DNA of 64,000 nucleotides. It comes from Candidatus Freyarchaeum deiterrae. Lineage in GTDB: Archaea > Asgardarchaeota > Jordiarchaeia > Jordiarchaeales > Jordiarchaeaceae. The position numbers were made by a program, and so were the translations under genes. Numbering within the stretch: position 1 is the stretch's first letter; the number at the start of each line of letters is the position of its first letter. The notes beneath the pieces are model-generated. The model was not told the DNA's origin. It did not search any database and worked only from the letters and a program-made list of their open reading frames with translations. The stretch spans positions 1,952,001-2,016,000 of the forward strand of contig CP147778.1 in NCBI GenBank assembly GCA_037305845.1. The letters are read 5' to 3'. Below, piece by piece: positions 50,035 through 59,972 of the stretch.

Positions 50035-51273
50035 TTGGAGGAAAAAGATGATTCTTGTGAAGTTCCAAATTTGGAATCAATTAAAGAGGAGGAGAAGCCA
50101 ACCCGAACAGTCTTCATAGATTACGTGTCAGGCAAGCCAGTAGACGAGCGAGTATTGGAAGCCATGCAACCGTACCACAGGGAAATTTTTGGTAATCCTT
50201 CTTCTTTACATATTTTTGGTGACCCACCAGTTGAGGCAATGGAGGATGCTAGAAAAAAGGTTGCCGACCTAATAGGCGCCAAAGATCCCAAAGAAATCGT
50301 ATTCACCTCTGGGGCAACAGAGTCCAACAATCTAGCACTAAAAGGAGTAGCCTTCAGAAACCAGAAAAAGGGAACCCACATTATAATATCCGCTCTAGAA
50401 CACATCTCAATCATAAACATAGCCAAAGACCTCGAAAAATTTGGCTTCAAGACCACACAAGTTGGAGTAGACAAATACGGAATCGTGGAATTCGACAAAT
50501 TAGAGAAACAAATCAAACCCGAAACACTCCTCATATCCATAAACTATGCCAACAACGAAATAGGAACCATAGAACCCGTAAAAGAAATCTCGAAAATGGC
50601 CCACGACCATAACGTATACCTGCACATGGACGCCGTAGCAGCCGAAGGACAGATACCCATTGATGTTCAAAAAGACGGAGTAGACCTACTAACACTATCC
50701 TCAAACGACATCTACGGACCACGCGGAATGGGAGCACTCTATATTAAAAACGGTGTCATGATAGAGCCCATAATACAGGGAGGCGGACAAGAAAGAGGGC
50801 TAAGATCAGGAACAGAAGACATACCCAGCATAGTAGGCATGGGGAAAGCCGCAGAAATCGCCAAAAAAGAAATGAAGAAAGACAGCACCAGAATACAAAA
50901 AATGAGAGACAGAATAATAAGCACCGTACTGGACACAATAGACAAATCATACCTTGACGGACACCCCACTCAGAGACTGCCCAACAACGCGCACTTCAGA
51001 TTCGACTACGTAGAAGGGGAAGCGATACTCCTAAGCCTAAACATGAGAGGAATAGCGGTATCAACCGGTTCGGCCTGCGCAGCAAAAAGACTAGAAGCCT
51101 CACACGTACTCTTATCTCTAGGGCTTCTAAAAGAAGAAACACATGGATCCCTAGAGTTAACACTAGGAAAGTACAACACAGAAGAAGACGTGGACTACGT
51201 ATTGGAGGCTCTACCACCAGTGATAGAGCGGCTCAGGAAACTATCCCCACTAACCCCAAAAAACGAAAAATAA
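50035..51273 (+). CDS. iscS: IscS/NifS-family protein with PLP Lys replaced by Asp
   Basis: GNPSSLH, FTSGATESNN, SALEH, GGGQE.GLRSGT, STGSAC; SSNDIYGP instead of SxHKxxGP. Confidence 0.88.
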   Translation: MEEKDDSCEVPNLESIKEEEKPTRTVFIDYVSGKPVDERVLEAMQPYHREIFGNPSSLHIFGDPPVEAMEDARKKVADLIGAKDPKEIVFTSGATESNNLALKGVAFRNQKKGTHIIISALEHISIINIAKDLEKFGFKTTQVGVDKYGIVEFDKLEKQIKPETLLISINYANNEIGTIEPVKEISKMAHDHNVYLHMDAVAAEGQIPIDVQKDGVDLLTLSSNDIYGPRGMGALYIKNGVMIEPIIQGGGQERGLRSGTEDIPSIVGMGKAAEIAKKEMKKDSTRIQKMRDRIISTVLDTIDKSYLDGHPTQRLPNNAHFRFDYVEGEAILLSLNMRGIAVSTGSACAAKRLEASHVLLSLGLLKEETHGSLELTLGKYNTEEDVDYVLEALPPVIERLRKLSPLTPKNEK

Positions 51274-51362
51274 AGCCCAACACAGTGTTCTACTTTCCTC
51301 TTACTTTTTAATCTCATCCTTGCCCCTAACATTTAATAAATTTAATCTTATCTAAATATCGC

Positions 51363-51773
51363 ATGGCAGCAGGCTATTCAATTAAATCATTAATAGAAAA
51401 ACTTGGAATTAGAGAAAGTTACAAAATTATCATTCTTAACCCTCCTAAGAATTACGGCGACACATTAGGAGAATTGCCAAAAAATGTCACTGTAACGAAT
51501 AAGCTAAAAGGGCCATTAAATTTTATTCATTTCTTCACCAAAAAAAGAGAAGAATTAGAAACCAAATTTCCAATCCTAAAACACGAACTTTCACGAACAG
51601 GAGTACTTTGGATTTCCTGGCCAAAGGTCTCATCAAAAATAGAAACTGATCTCAATGAAAATATAGTCAGAGAAATTGGACTGAAAAATGGCTTGGTAGA
51701 TGTAAAAATTATCGCTATAGATGGAGTCTGGTCGGGCCTGAAGTTCGTCTATAGATTGAAAGATAGAAAATAA
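51363..51773 (+). CDS. DUF3052-like protein
   Basis: AGYS..L..KLGI, LWISWPK, GLVDVK..AID..WSGLK. Confidence 0.75.
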   Translation: MAAGYSIKSLIEKLGIRESYKIIILNPPKNYGDTLGELPKNVTVTNKLKGPLNFIHFFTKKREELETKFPILKHELSRTGVLWISWPKVSSKIETDLNENIVREIGLKNGLVDVKIIAIDGVWSGLKFVYRLKDRK

Positions 51774-52008
51774 ATTTTTTGGGGTATAACTGGGAGAATA
51801 CGGAAATGAAACGTTTTTTTGAAATTGGCACGATAATGTTTATAAGGAACCTTCTGGTGTTTTAAATTGTGAGTTAACAATTGTAAAGAAAATCAACCAA
51901 AAACGAAAAGAAAAAAAGAAACCAAAAACACATAGAAAGTGGGAGAGGGAAAAAAACAAATTAAGGTAATCACACATAAAAATTGAATAATTATGGGAGG
52001 AATAAAAA

Positions 52009-53355
52009 TTGAAACCGACACAATATACTGAAAAAGTAAAAGAGCACTTTAAAAACCCGAAAAATGTAGGAGAAATACCAGACGCTGACGGCGTGGGAAT
52101 GGTAGGAAACCCCCTGTGCGGCGATATGATGCAGATGAACATAAAAGTCTCAAAAGACGGACGATTGGAAGATATAAAGTTCAAAACGTACGGGTGTGGA
52201 AGTGCAATAGCTACCAGTAGTATGATTACTGAGATGGCTATGGGTATGACTTTGGAGGAAGCTTTGAAGATTACCCGTAAGGATGTTGCGGATGAGTTAG
52301 AAGGTTTGCCTCCGATTAAAATGCATTGCAGTAATCTTGCTGCTGATGCTTTACATGCTGCTATCGAAGATTACATGCAGCGTAAAGAGCGAGGAGAGAC
52401 TGGTCCAAGAGTGAAGGCTGAGGGCACTTTCGATTATGATGTGATTGTCATTGGGGGTGGCCCTGCGGGTCTTACTGCCGCTATTCAGGCTGCTAGCAGG
52501 GGCCTAAGTGTAGTGGTTTTTGAGGGCAAGTCTTTGGGCGGCGTTTTGTCAACTCTGTATCCCAATAAGAAGATTATGAATTTCCCAGGGTTGCCTGAGA
52601 ATACTTTGGGCCGAGACTTTGTGACCTCCATGTTGAAGCAGGCACGCGATTTGGGAGTCGAGTTGAAGAACGAGTTTGTGAGCGATGTTTCTCCAGATAA
52701 GGTTGTTAAGACTACAATGGGCGAGTATCGCGCTATGGCTGTGATTATCGCTACTGGTACTCTTCCTCTGGCATGCGGTATTCCTGGGGAAAACGAGTTC
52801 AGTGATGGTGATAAGGGCATTTATTATTATGTGACTTATCCTGAGAAGTTCATGGGTAAGCGAGTGGTGGTTTATGGTAACGGAGATCAGGCTTTGGAGT
52901 CCGCTCTAGCTCTGGAACATATTGCTGATAAACTCACCTTCATTTACAAAGAGAAGGACCTTGTGGGCTTGGACCAAGATATTAAGACGGTCAAACGGTC
53001 TGATAGGATTAAGCTTTTATCGAATACAGAACTTGTGAAGATTGAGGGCACAGACACCGTGGAGAAAGTGACTCTGCACGATTTGGGTGAAGACGAGGAC
53101 TTCGACCTAGTGGTTGACAAAGTGGTTCTCGCGGTTGGAATGAAACCCAATACCGAAATTTACAGTAAACTGGGCGTTGAACTCGATGATAGAGGCTTCG
53201 TAAAGGTGGATAAGGATCAGAAAACCAACATCGAAGGAATTTATGCCGCCGGTGACTTAACAACCGACTTGCAGCTCTTGGTTGTGGCAATCTCTCAGGG
53301 TGCTGCTGCAGCCCATCGAGTTTCAGAGTACGTAAGGAAGCAAAAGGGTTTATAA
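52009..53355 (+). CDS. Fusion of IscU/NifU-N Fe-S scaffold and TrxB-fold ferredoxin/flavodoxin-NAD(P) reductase-like domain
   Basis: N-terminal GNPLCGD, GCGSAIA, KMHCSNL. C-terminal IGGGPAG, LYP.K.I, GNGDQA, GIYAAGD, no CxxC. Confidence 0.85.
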   Translation: MKPTQYTEKVKEHFKNPKNVGEIPDADGVGMVGNPLCGDMMQMNIKVSKDGRLEDIKFKTYGCGSAIATSSMITEMAMGMTLEEALKITRKDVADELEGLPPIKMHCSNLAADALHAAIEDYMQRKERGETGPRVKAEGTFDYDVIVIGGGPAGLTAAIQAASRGLSVVVFEGKSLGGVLSTLYPNKKIMNFPGLPENTLGRDFVTSMLKQARDLGVELKNEFVSDVSPDKVVKTTMGEYRAMAVIIATGTLPLACGIPGENEFSDGDKGIYYYVTYPEKFMGKRVVVYGNGDQALESALALEHIADKLTFIYKEKDLVGLDQDIKTVKRSDRIKLLSNTELVKIEGTDTVEKVTLHDLGEDEDFDLVVDKVVLAVGMKPNTEIYSKLGVELDDRGFVKVDKDQKTNIEGIYAAGDLTTDLQLLVVAISQGAAAAHRVSEYVRKQKGL

Positions 53356-53563
53356 ACTGGACACACAAATTCTCTAAGGGCACGCCTCCTTTATCTACCT
53401 CCTTCCTTTGGAATCCTCAATTAGTAACACCGCATTTTGAATTGCTGGCGTCTGTGTTATTAATGTTGAGGATTTGTATTGGAGGCGTGTTTCCTTTACC
53501 ATCATATCAGTTTGATGATTTCTAGATTTATTTTTTAGGCGTGACTTTTTTGGGGTTCTTATT

Positions 53564-54160
53564 ATGGTTGATTTCTGGAGTTTGGTTGAGGAAGCCGTGA
53601 ATTTTCATGGGCATATTTGTCCTGGCTTGTTGATTGGTGTTAGAATGGGTGTTGCTGCTATGAATCTCCTAGGCGTAGATCGAGCTTCTGATGAGGAAAT
53701 TTATGCGGTCGTTGAAAATGACAGCTGTGCACTAGACGGATTACAGGTTACTACTGGGGTTACATTTGGGAAAGGTAATTTGTCTTTTAGAGACTATGGC
53801 AAGATGGCTGCTACTTTTTACCTTCGAACAGAGAAGAAAGCAGTTAGGCTCCTTTTTAAACCTGATAGTTTCGGAAAGATTGGGAATGGAGATTTAGGTG
53901 AAGCTATTCATGAAGAGAACAAAGAAATAAAAATGTCAAAGTTTGCTAAGATTGCTAAGCGGTTCGGAGATTTGCCTGACGACGAGGTTTTTGAAATTAG
54001 CAATGTTGACATAGAAGAACCGAAGATGGCAGAAATTAGAAAATCAGTAAAATGCGAGAAGTGCGGAGAGGCGACCATGGAAACAAAGACGGTAATTAAG
54101 AATGGGAAGCGTTTATGTACTCCTTGTGCGGCTGGCAGGAACTATTATCGCGTTAAGTAG
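53564..54160 (+). CDS. FmdE-family protein with C-terminal Zn finger
   Basis: FHGHICPG, ENDSCALD, T.GKG, CEKCGE...LCTPC. Confidence 0.9.
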   Translation: MVDFWSLVEEAVNFHGHICPGLLIGVRMGVAAMNLLGVDRASDEEIYAVVENDSCALDGLQVTTGVTFGKGNLSFRDYGKMAATFYLRTEKKAVRLLFKPDSFGKIGNGDLGEAIHEENKEIKMSKFAKIAKRFGDLPDDEVFEISNVDIEEPKMAEIRKSVKCEKCGEATMETKTVIKNGKRLCTPCAAGRNYYRVK

Positions 54161-54621
54161 TAATTCCGCTCTTTTTTAACAAACGCTGGAGCCTCAGATT
54201 CAGGAATGCAGTCTGAAATCTTGATATAGGGTTTGAGATCTAGAACTGGTGTTCCGTTAAACGCGTCCAAACCTCTAACTTTCAGAACATTGTTTTTTCG
54301 ATTTTCCAGTTTCACTACTGTTAGGCCTATACAGTTTGGACGAATGGGGGATCTAGTGCTAAAAACTCCTCTGATAGTGATGTTCGGGTCGTTCCTAGGA
54401 TGCACTTTTAGTGGGAATGGTATGCCTGAGAGTTTATGTGTCCAGTAAATTACTATTATATGTGTGAAGTCTTCGATTCCTTCGAGTGCTTCTTCGAGTT
54501 CATTTTTGATAATAATTTTTGCCATGACTTCTCTCGGGTTGTAGTTGTGTTCAGGGTCAATGTCTGACTCGACATATCCTATGGGTTCGAAAACCACTTT
54601 TTCATATTTTTCGTCAGCCAT
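54145..54621 (-). CDS. tsaA: tRNA (t6A37-N6)-methyltransferase TrmO/TsaA
   Basis: PIGYV, GVFSTRSP.RPN.IG, GLDA..GTPVLDLKPY. Confidence 0.9.
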   Translation of the reverse strand: MADEKYEKVVFEPIGYVESDIDPEHNYNPREVMAKIIIKNELEEALEGIEDFTHIIVIYWTHKLSGIPFPLKVHPRNDPNITIRGVFSTRSPIRPNCIGLTVVKLENRKNNVLKVRGLDAFNGTPVLDLKPYIKISDCIPESEAPAFVKKERNYYLTR

Positions 54622-54774
54622 GATTTTCTCTTTCCGGTCTGACCTTTTTTTATTTGGGGTAGAATACAGAAAAGCCGCCCTTTTTGTTTTTGTAGATTAT
54701 ATTTAGGCAAAGTTATTTATACTAAGCCATACTAAAGTCACTATCTGTTTTAAAACATCATTGGGGTTCTTGAT

Positions 54775-56361
54775 TTGCTGAAGAAGACCTGGTTGATGCT
54801 GATTGGCGTTATTATCTTAATCTTAGGAATGGTTATTGCTGTGGGTGTTTCTTTTACTCCCTATTTCAGGGAGGCGCCAATTAAGGCCCCTATAGTAAAC
54901 GTTGGTACTCCGCCGAATGGGGCTGCATTGGCGTTTCCAGGGGCTTCAATCGGAGATGGATACGGTATTTTCTCTTCGCCTGGCACTTCGCAGGTGCAGC
55001 TTCCCAACTATCCGTACACTATTTCTCCATTTGGGGGTCCTGCTGGAAGCAGTATTTTTATTGGAGGATACTTTTTTGCGAGTAGCCCTATTAACTTCAC
55101 CATAACCTCTCTTCTCCCAGGCAGCCCCGTAATTTTTAGTGCACAAAATGTTCAAGCTATGGGGTTCCTTACGCCTAACGCGTACTTTCCTTGGTTCTTC
55201 CAAATAAAGTGGGAAAATAGTAATAATGAGCCACTTATTGTTGTCGGAGAGAATTTGGCAGTTGATCCAATTTCACCTCTTTTAACATCCTTAAATCCCA
55301 GTTTCATTTTTAGCCTCGGACTAATTGCTGTAGGACTACTGCTCCTTGGTGGCGGCTTTTTTGAACCAAAAACAGAAACTGAGAAGCCCAAATTTCCGGA
55401 ATCTTTTGGCAGCTTCTCCGAGATACTCGGTTCTTCATGGCGAACTTGGAAAGCAGTTTTTTCTAGAGTCACCTTACCCTTCGCTATTCTTACAGCTCTT
55501 CAGATGTTCATTATTTCAATCGCCAGAACCCTTAACCAGCTTGTAACTTTTGACATAAATTCAATAATTAATCCCTTTTACTCATCGGTCCATAGAAACA
55601 ATTTGCTCCTACAGATTACCAGCTTTAGCACACCTATCATTTATTATGTAGTGGTTCTTTTCAGTTTCCTATTACTTCTAATGGCGGAAGGAATGGTAAT
55701 AAAATACGCCCATGATAGCATGACCGAAAGCGGAGCGTCTCTTAAGGGAAGCCTGAAAACTGGGGTCAGATCTTCTGGAAAATTGTTAGGCGCCTCTCTA
55801 CTACTAACGATGCTTCTAGTTGTGGGGTTAGTGGTTTTTGTGGTTCCGGTTGTAGAGTTCGTGCTTTTTGTAGTTCCGGGAATCTACTTAGCGGTAATTC
55901 TGTCTCTAATTCTTCAGGTAATAATAATTGAGAGAATAGACATAACCCGATCGATTTCTAGAAGTATAGAGTTAACCCGTGGAAAAAGGCTAGACACCTT
56001 TAAACTGGTGGTCTTCTGCGGTATAGTAATAATTTCGGTTCTCTTACTCTGTTATCTCATAGCATCTTACATAGCACCAACAGTACCCACAGTAATTAAT
56101 CCAGGAGATTACTTCAACACATCATCCGTAACCCTGTTTGTTAGCTTTTTACCTTCCATAATTGGATTTGGACTAATAGTAGGAGCAATAACCGCTATCA
56201 CTATTCCCTTCGTCAATATAGTGATGACCGTCTGGTACCTCCACCTAAACAAGCAAAAATCACAACAACCACAAATCCCAAAAGAAGAATCAAAAAAATT
56301 AAAAAGAACAAAACAGCGAGAACAACCAAAACAAAATGCAAATCAATTAAAGAATCCTTAA
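54775..56361 (+). CDS. Multi-pass membrane protein with N-terminal extracytoplasmic domain
   Basis: N-terminal TM/signal segment, Pro/Gly-rich beta domain, several hydrophobic helices, VPGIY..V..S and S+.RS..LT.G motifs. Confidence 0.7.
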   Translation: MLKKTWLMLIGVIILILGMVIAVGVSFTPYFREAPIKAPIVNVGTPPNGAALAFPGASIGDGYGIFSSPGTSQVQLPNYPYTISPFGGPAGSSIFIGGYFFASSPINFTITSLLPGSPVIFSAQNVQAMGFLTPNAYFPWFFQIKWENSNNEPLIVVGENLAVDPISPLLTSLNPSFIFSLGLIAVGLLLLGGGFFEPKTETEKPKFPESFGSFSEILGSSWRTWKAVFSRVTLPFAILTALQMFIISIARTLNQLVTFDINSIINPFYSSVHRNNLLLQITSFSTPIIYYVVVLFSFLLLLMAEGMVIKYAHDSMTESGASLKGSLKTGVRSSGKLLGASLLLTMLLVVGLVVFVVPVVEFVLFVVPGIYLAVILSLILQVIIIERIDITRSISRSIELTRGKRLDTFKLVVFCGIVIISVLLLCYLIASYIAPTVPTVINPGDYFNTSSVTLFVSFLPSIIGFGLIVGAITAITIPFVNIVMTVWYLHLNKQKSQQPQIPKEESKKLKRTKQREQPKQNANQLKNP

Positions 56362-56614
56362 AACCCAATTAACGCAAAAATGTTGATTACTTTTCTCTTC
56401 ATCTACAAAAATAAGGGTGATAAAGAAAAGCTAGATCTAGTCTAAATCCGTCTTCATTATTTTTTTTAAAAGAATCAGGAATTTGTGTTATACTGCTTCC
56501 TGGCCGGGGGTCTAGGTCTTTCTAAAGTCAAGAATGAAATTACCTCTCTCAGAGAATACATTCCTTAGCGTCTGACATTGGAAAAACGTTTCGACTGAAT
56601 TGTATTTGATTATT

Positions 56615-56629
56615 AGAAATATTTATATA
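56615..56629 (+). promoter_or_regulatory. Putative BRE/TATA promoter of hsp20-thermosome unit
   Basis: AGAAATATTTATATA upstream of the hsp20 ATG at 56697. Confidence 0.4.
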
Positions 56630-56696
56630 GAAGTGCTGGTACAAGCCGACTAGAATTGAAAGGTGTTCTCCGTAGAAAAATTTGAGAGGGAAAAAA

Positions 56697-57262
56697 ATGA
56701 GTTTCTGGGACAGCCGGAGAAAACGCTATAGAGACATCTTCGATGAAATACGGGATATGTTTGAAGACATGGAAAGAAAATTTTTATCAGATTTCGCATT
56801 CCCTGAAATAGACTTGAGAGAACTGGAAAAACTCCCCAAAAGAAAACTTTCAGACGGAACAGAAATAACCGGGCCATTTGTGTGGGGATGGAGCATGAAT
56901 ATAGGACCCGACGGAAAACCTGAAATCAGGGAATTCGGCAACCTACCGAAAGAAGCTGATCAACGCGAACAAGGCTCCCTACTTGAAGGACTATCAGAGA
57001 CTAGAGAACCTCTCACAGATTTAGTAGAAACGGAGAACGAGGTAATAATTGTAGCTGAAACATCTGGAATAGAAAAGAATGAAATCAAAATAGATAGCAC
57101 AGAAAACGAATTGATATTAAAGCTGGTGATAAATTCTACAAGAACATCAAACTTCCCAGCCTAACTATCCCAGAAGAAGCTAAAGCCAGCTACAAAAATG
57201 GTATACTGGAAATAAAAATCCCTAAGAAAGAGAAAAAAGGAACTGGGATAAATATAGAATAA
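56697..57262 (+). pseudogene. hsp20: Archaeal Hsp20 small heat shock protein with a -1 frameshift near 57116
   Basis: GPFVWG.S..IGPDGKP.IREFGN and REPL.D in frame 0. KAGDKFYKNIKLP...AKASYKNGILEIKIPK...GINIE* continues in the -1 frame to 57262. Confidence 0.85.
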
Positions 57263-57318
57263 AAATCAAATCTAAAAGATAAACTGGAAAAATAAATTAA
57301 TAATTTGGAGGAATAAAA

Positions 57319-58983
57319 ATGGCTCAACTCGGAGGAGTCCCCGTATTAATTCTTAAAGAAGGCGCAGAAAGAACTCGCGGAAGAGACGCACAAAGATCAA
57401 ACATTATGGCGGCTCGAGTGATAGCTGAAGCAGTAAGAAGCACCTTGGGACCAAGAGGTATGGACAAAATGCTAGTAGATAGCTTGGGAGATGTAACCAT
57501 CACAAATGATGGTGCAGCAATTCTAAATGAAATAGATGTTCAGCACCCCGCAGCGAAGATGCTGGTCGGAGTAGCTAAAACGCAGGATGACGAAGTTGGA
57601 GACGGAACGACTACCGCTGTGGTTATAGCTGGAGAGCTGCTGAAGCGGGCTGAGGAACTCCTTGATCAAAAAATACATCCAACTCTTATAGTAAGCGGAT
57701 ACAAAAAGGCAGCCGATAAGGCGAAGGAAATCTTGGACGAGATAGCGATTAGTGTTGATCCTAGTGATGAAGAAACTCTTAGAAAGATCGCGGTTACTTC
57801 CATGAATAGCAAATCTGTGCTCGGGGCGAAAGAACATTTTGCCCAAATTTCGGTGGACGCCATGAGACAGATTACCGAAGAAAAGGAAGGTAAACTTGTA
57901 GCTAACAGAGACATGGTTAACGTAATCAAAAAACAGGGAAAAAGCATTCTAGAGACAGAACTGGTACAGGGCATGGTAGTAGATAAAGAATTGGTACACC
58001 CCGCTATGTCCAAAACAATCAAAAACGCAAAAATAGCGCTCTTGGATGCAGCAGTAGAAATTGAAAAAACAGAATTCGACGCAGAAATCCGAATAAGCGA
58101 CCCAAGCCAGATGCAGGCTTTCCTTGATGAAGAACAAAGCTTACTTAAACAAATGGTTGAAAGCATCAAGGAAAGTGGGGCGAACGTCTTATTCTGCCAG
58201 AAGGGTATAGACGACACTGCGCAGAGTTACTTGGCGAAGGCCGGCATAGCCGCAGTTCGCAGAGTTAAGAAGTCTGACATGGAGAAGTTAGCTAAGGCTA
58301 CTGGTGCCACTGTTGTTACAAACTTGAAGGAGCTCAAACCTGAAGACTTGGGTGAAGCTGGTATTGTTGAGGAAGTTAAGCTTGCGAATGATAAAGTGGT
58401 TTATGTTCGTGACTGTAAAAATCCTAAAGCAGTGACCATTGTGGTTCGTGGCGGTACTGAACATGTTGTGGCCGAAGGTGAGCGTGCTCTGAACGATGCC
58501 CTTAGTGTGGTTAGGGATGCAATTGAAGACCAAAAGATGGTTGCCGGAGGCGGCGCACCTGAGGTCGAGCTTGCGAAGCGTTTAAGAGATTACGCTGAGT
58601 CCATCGGTGGTCGTGAGCAACTCGCTATTGAAGCTTTTGCTGAGTCTCTTGAGATCATTCCCAGGACCCTTGCTGAGAACGCTGGTCACGATCAGCTAAA
58701 CCTCCTTATGAAGCTTCGTGCAGCTCATGAGAAAGACGGCCTTTGGATGGGCGTTAACATTATTACTGGTGATGCCTCTGATATGTTAGAGGCGGGTGTT
58801 GTTGAACCGCTGCGTGTTAAGAAGCAGGCTATCGTTTCAGCTAGTGAGGCTGCTGAGATGATTCTCAGGATTGATGATGTCATAGCTTCGAAGTCTCATC
58901 CTGCACCCGAGGCTGGCCCGGGAGGTATGCCCGGTAGGGGCGGTATGCCACCAGGAATGCCACCCGGAATGGGCATGATGTAA
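57319..58983 (+). CDS. ths: Thermosome subunit (canonical group II chaperonin)
   Basis: [33 protein letters not shown] tail. Confidence 0.97.
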   Translation: MAQLGGVPVLILKEGAERTRGRDAQRSNIMAARVIAEAVRSTLGPRGMDKMLVDSLGDVTITNDGAAILNEIDVQHPAAKMLVGVAKTQDDEVGDGTTTAVVIAGELLKRAEELLDQKIHPTLIVSGYKKAADKAKEILDEIAISVDPSDEETLRKIAVTSMNSKSVLGAKEHFAQISVDAMRQITEEKEGKLVANRDMVNVIKKQGKSILETELVQGMVVDKELVHPAMSKTIKNAKIALLDAAVEIEKTEFDAEIRISDPSQMQAFLDEEQSLLKQMVESIKESGANVLFCQKGIDDTAQSYLAKAGIAAVRRVKKSDMEKLAKATGATVVTNLKELKPEDLGEAGIVEEVKLANDKVVYVRDCKNPKAVTIVVRGGTEHVVAEGERALNDALSVVRDAIEDQKMVAGGGAPEVELAKRLRDYAESIGGREQLAIEAFAESLEIIPRTLAENAGHDQLNLLMKLRAAHEKDGLWMGVNIITGDASDMLEAGVVEPLRVKKQAIVSASEAAEMILRIDDVIASKSHPAPEAGPGGMPGRGGMPPGMPPGMGMM

Positions 58984-59119
58984 TTAAGTCTCTTTTTCTC
59001 CTTTTTTTATCTATTTTTTGACTTGTTTTCGATGTTTTTGGATTTTCGGTCCTGTTTTTCGAAAAGTTTTTAGAGGTAATTTACATATCGGAGTACAATT
59101 TCCGAGTTCGGTGGTCTTG

Positions 59120-59512
59120 ATGGACGCGTTTACTGTTTTATTTGATCCGCTTCTGTTTTACTTGAGTTTGTCTTTGATTATAGCGTATGCTGTTCTTAGT
59201 GGCTTGTCGGTAGCGGTTTTTGTTAAGAGGAGAAAAAGAATGCTTATTGCCCTCGCGGCTTCATTTTTGATTTTGATGGTGATTGGACTTGGATCTTTCT
59301 ATTTTGAACCTCCCACACTAAATTGGTCTTATTATTATCTTGTTGAAAATTTTGATTGGTTAAAACTTGGTTTGGATTACACGAATTTCGCTCAGCAAGA
59401 GCTCTGGCTAATATTTCAATCATTCAATTTTCTTGCTATAATCACTTTTGGTGTGGCCATGATTCTTGCGGGTAGGAGTAGAAGTGAGCTGGGTAAGGCG
59501 GAGAAAAAATGA
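59120..59512 (+). CDS. Small ~3-TM membrane protein
   Basis: Three hydrophobic segments; ATG after GGTGG. Confidence 0.65.
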   Translation: MDAFTVLFDPLLFYLSLSLIIAYAVLSGLSVAVFVKRRKRMLIALAASFLILMVIGLGSFYFEPPTLNWSYYYLVENFDWLKLGLDYTNFAQQELWLIFQSFNFLAIITFGVAMILAGRSRSELGKAEKK

Positions 59513-59868
59513 GTTTCACGTTTGATGTCGCCTCTGTTTTGGCGATTGCTATAGGATGTGGCTACATACTTCTGGCTGGTGTAGCTTATTTCTCGTATGA
59601 GAAATCCGGCTCCAAGACTCTTCTGATATTTATTGGCGCTTTTGTTATGCTATTCTTTATGAATTTATATGGAGGTGTAGCTGGGGCTTATCACCCCTTT
59701 GATAGTACTTTTTCAAGCCTCTTACTTGGTGGGTTTACTTTCAATGGGTTCTCGACTAGTACAATGGTAGAAATATTGTCGGATATCACAATTAAAAACA
59801 CATTTGCGTTTGACATTATGGGTGTATCTGCGATTATTCTGTTTGTAATCGCTCTATTCAAGGCATAA
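59509..59868 (+). CDS. Small ~3-TM membrane protein, coupled to previous gene
   Basis: ATGA overlap; hydrophobic layout similar to upstream gene. Confidence 0.65.
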   Translation: MSFTFDVASVLAIAIGCGYILLAGVAYFSYEKSGSKTLLIFIGAFVMLFFMNLYGGVAGAYHPFDSTFSSLLLGGFTFNGFSTSTMVEILSDITIKNTFAFDIMGVSAIILFVIALFKA

Positions 59869-59972
59869 CCCTTTAAAATAAGTATTCAACAATTTTTAAT
59901 TAACACACTGATAACCAATGGATATGAAATGAAATCAGAGCACTATTGATAAAGAAATGGAGTGTTGTGTAT

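Noticed and set aside
58915-58980. Short GC-rich repeats
   Set aside because: Ordinary GGM/PPGM chaperonin tail codons
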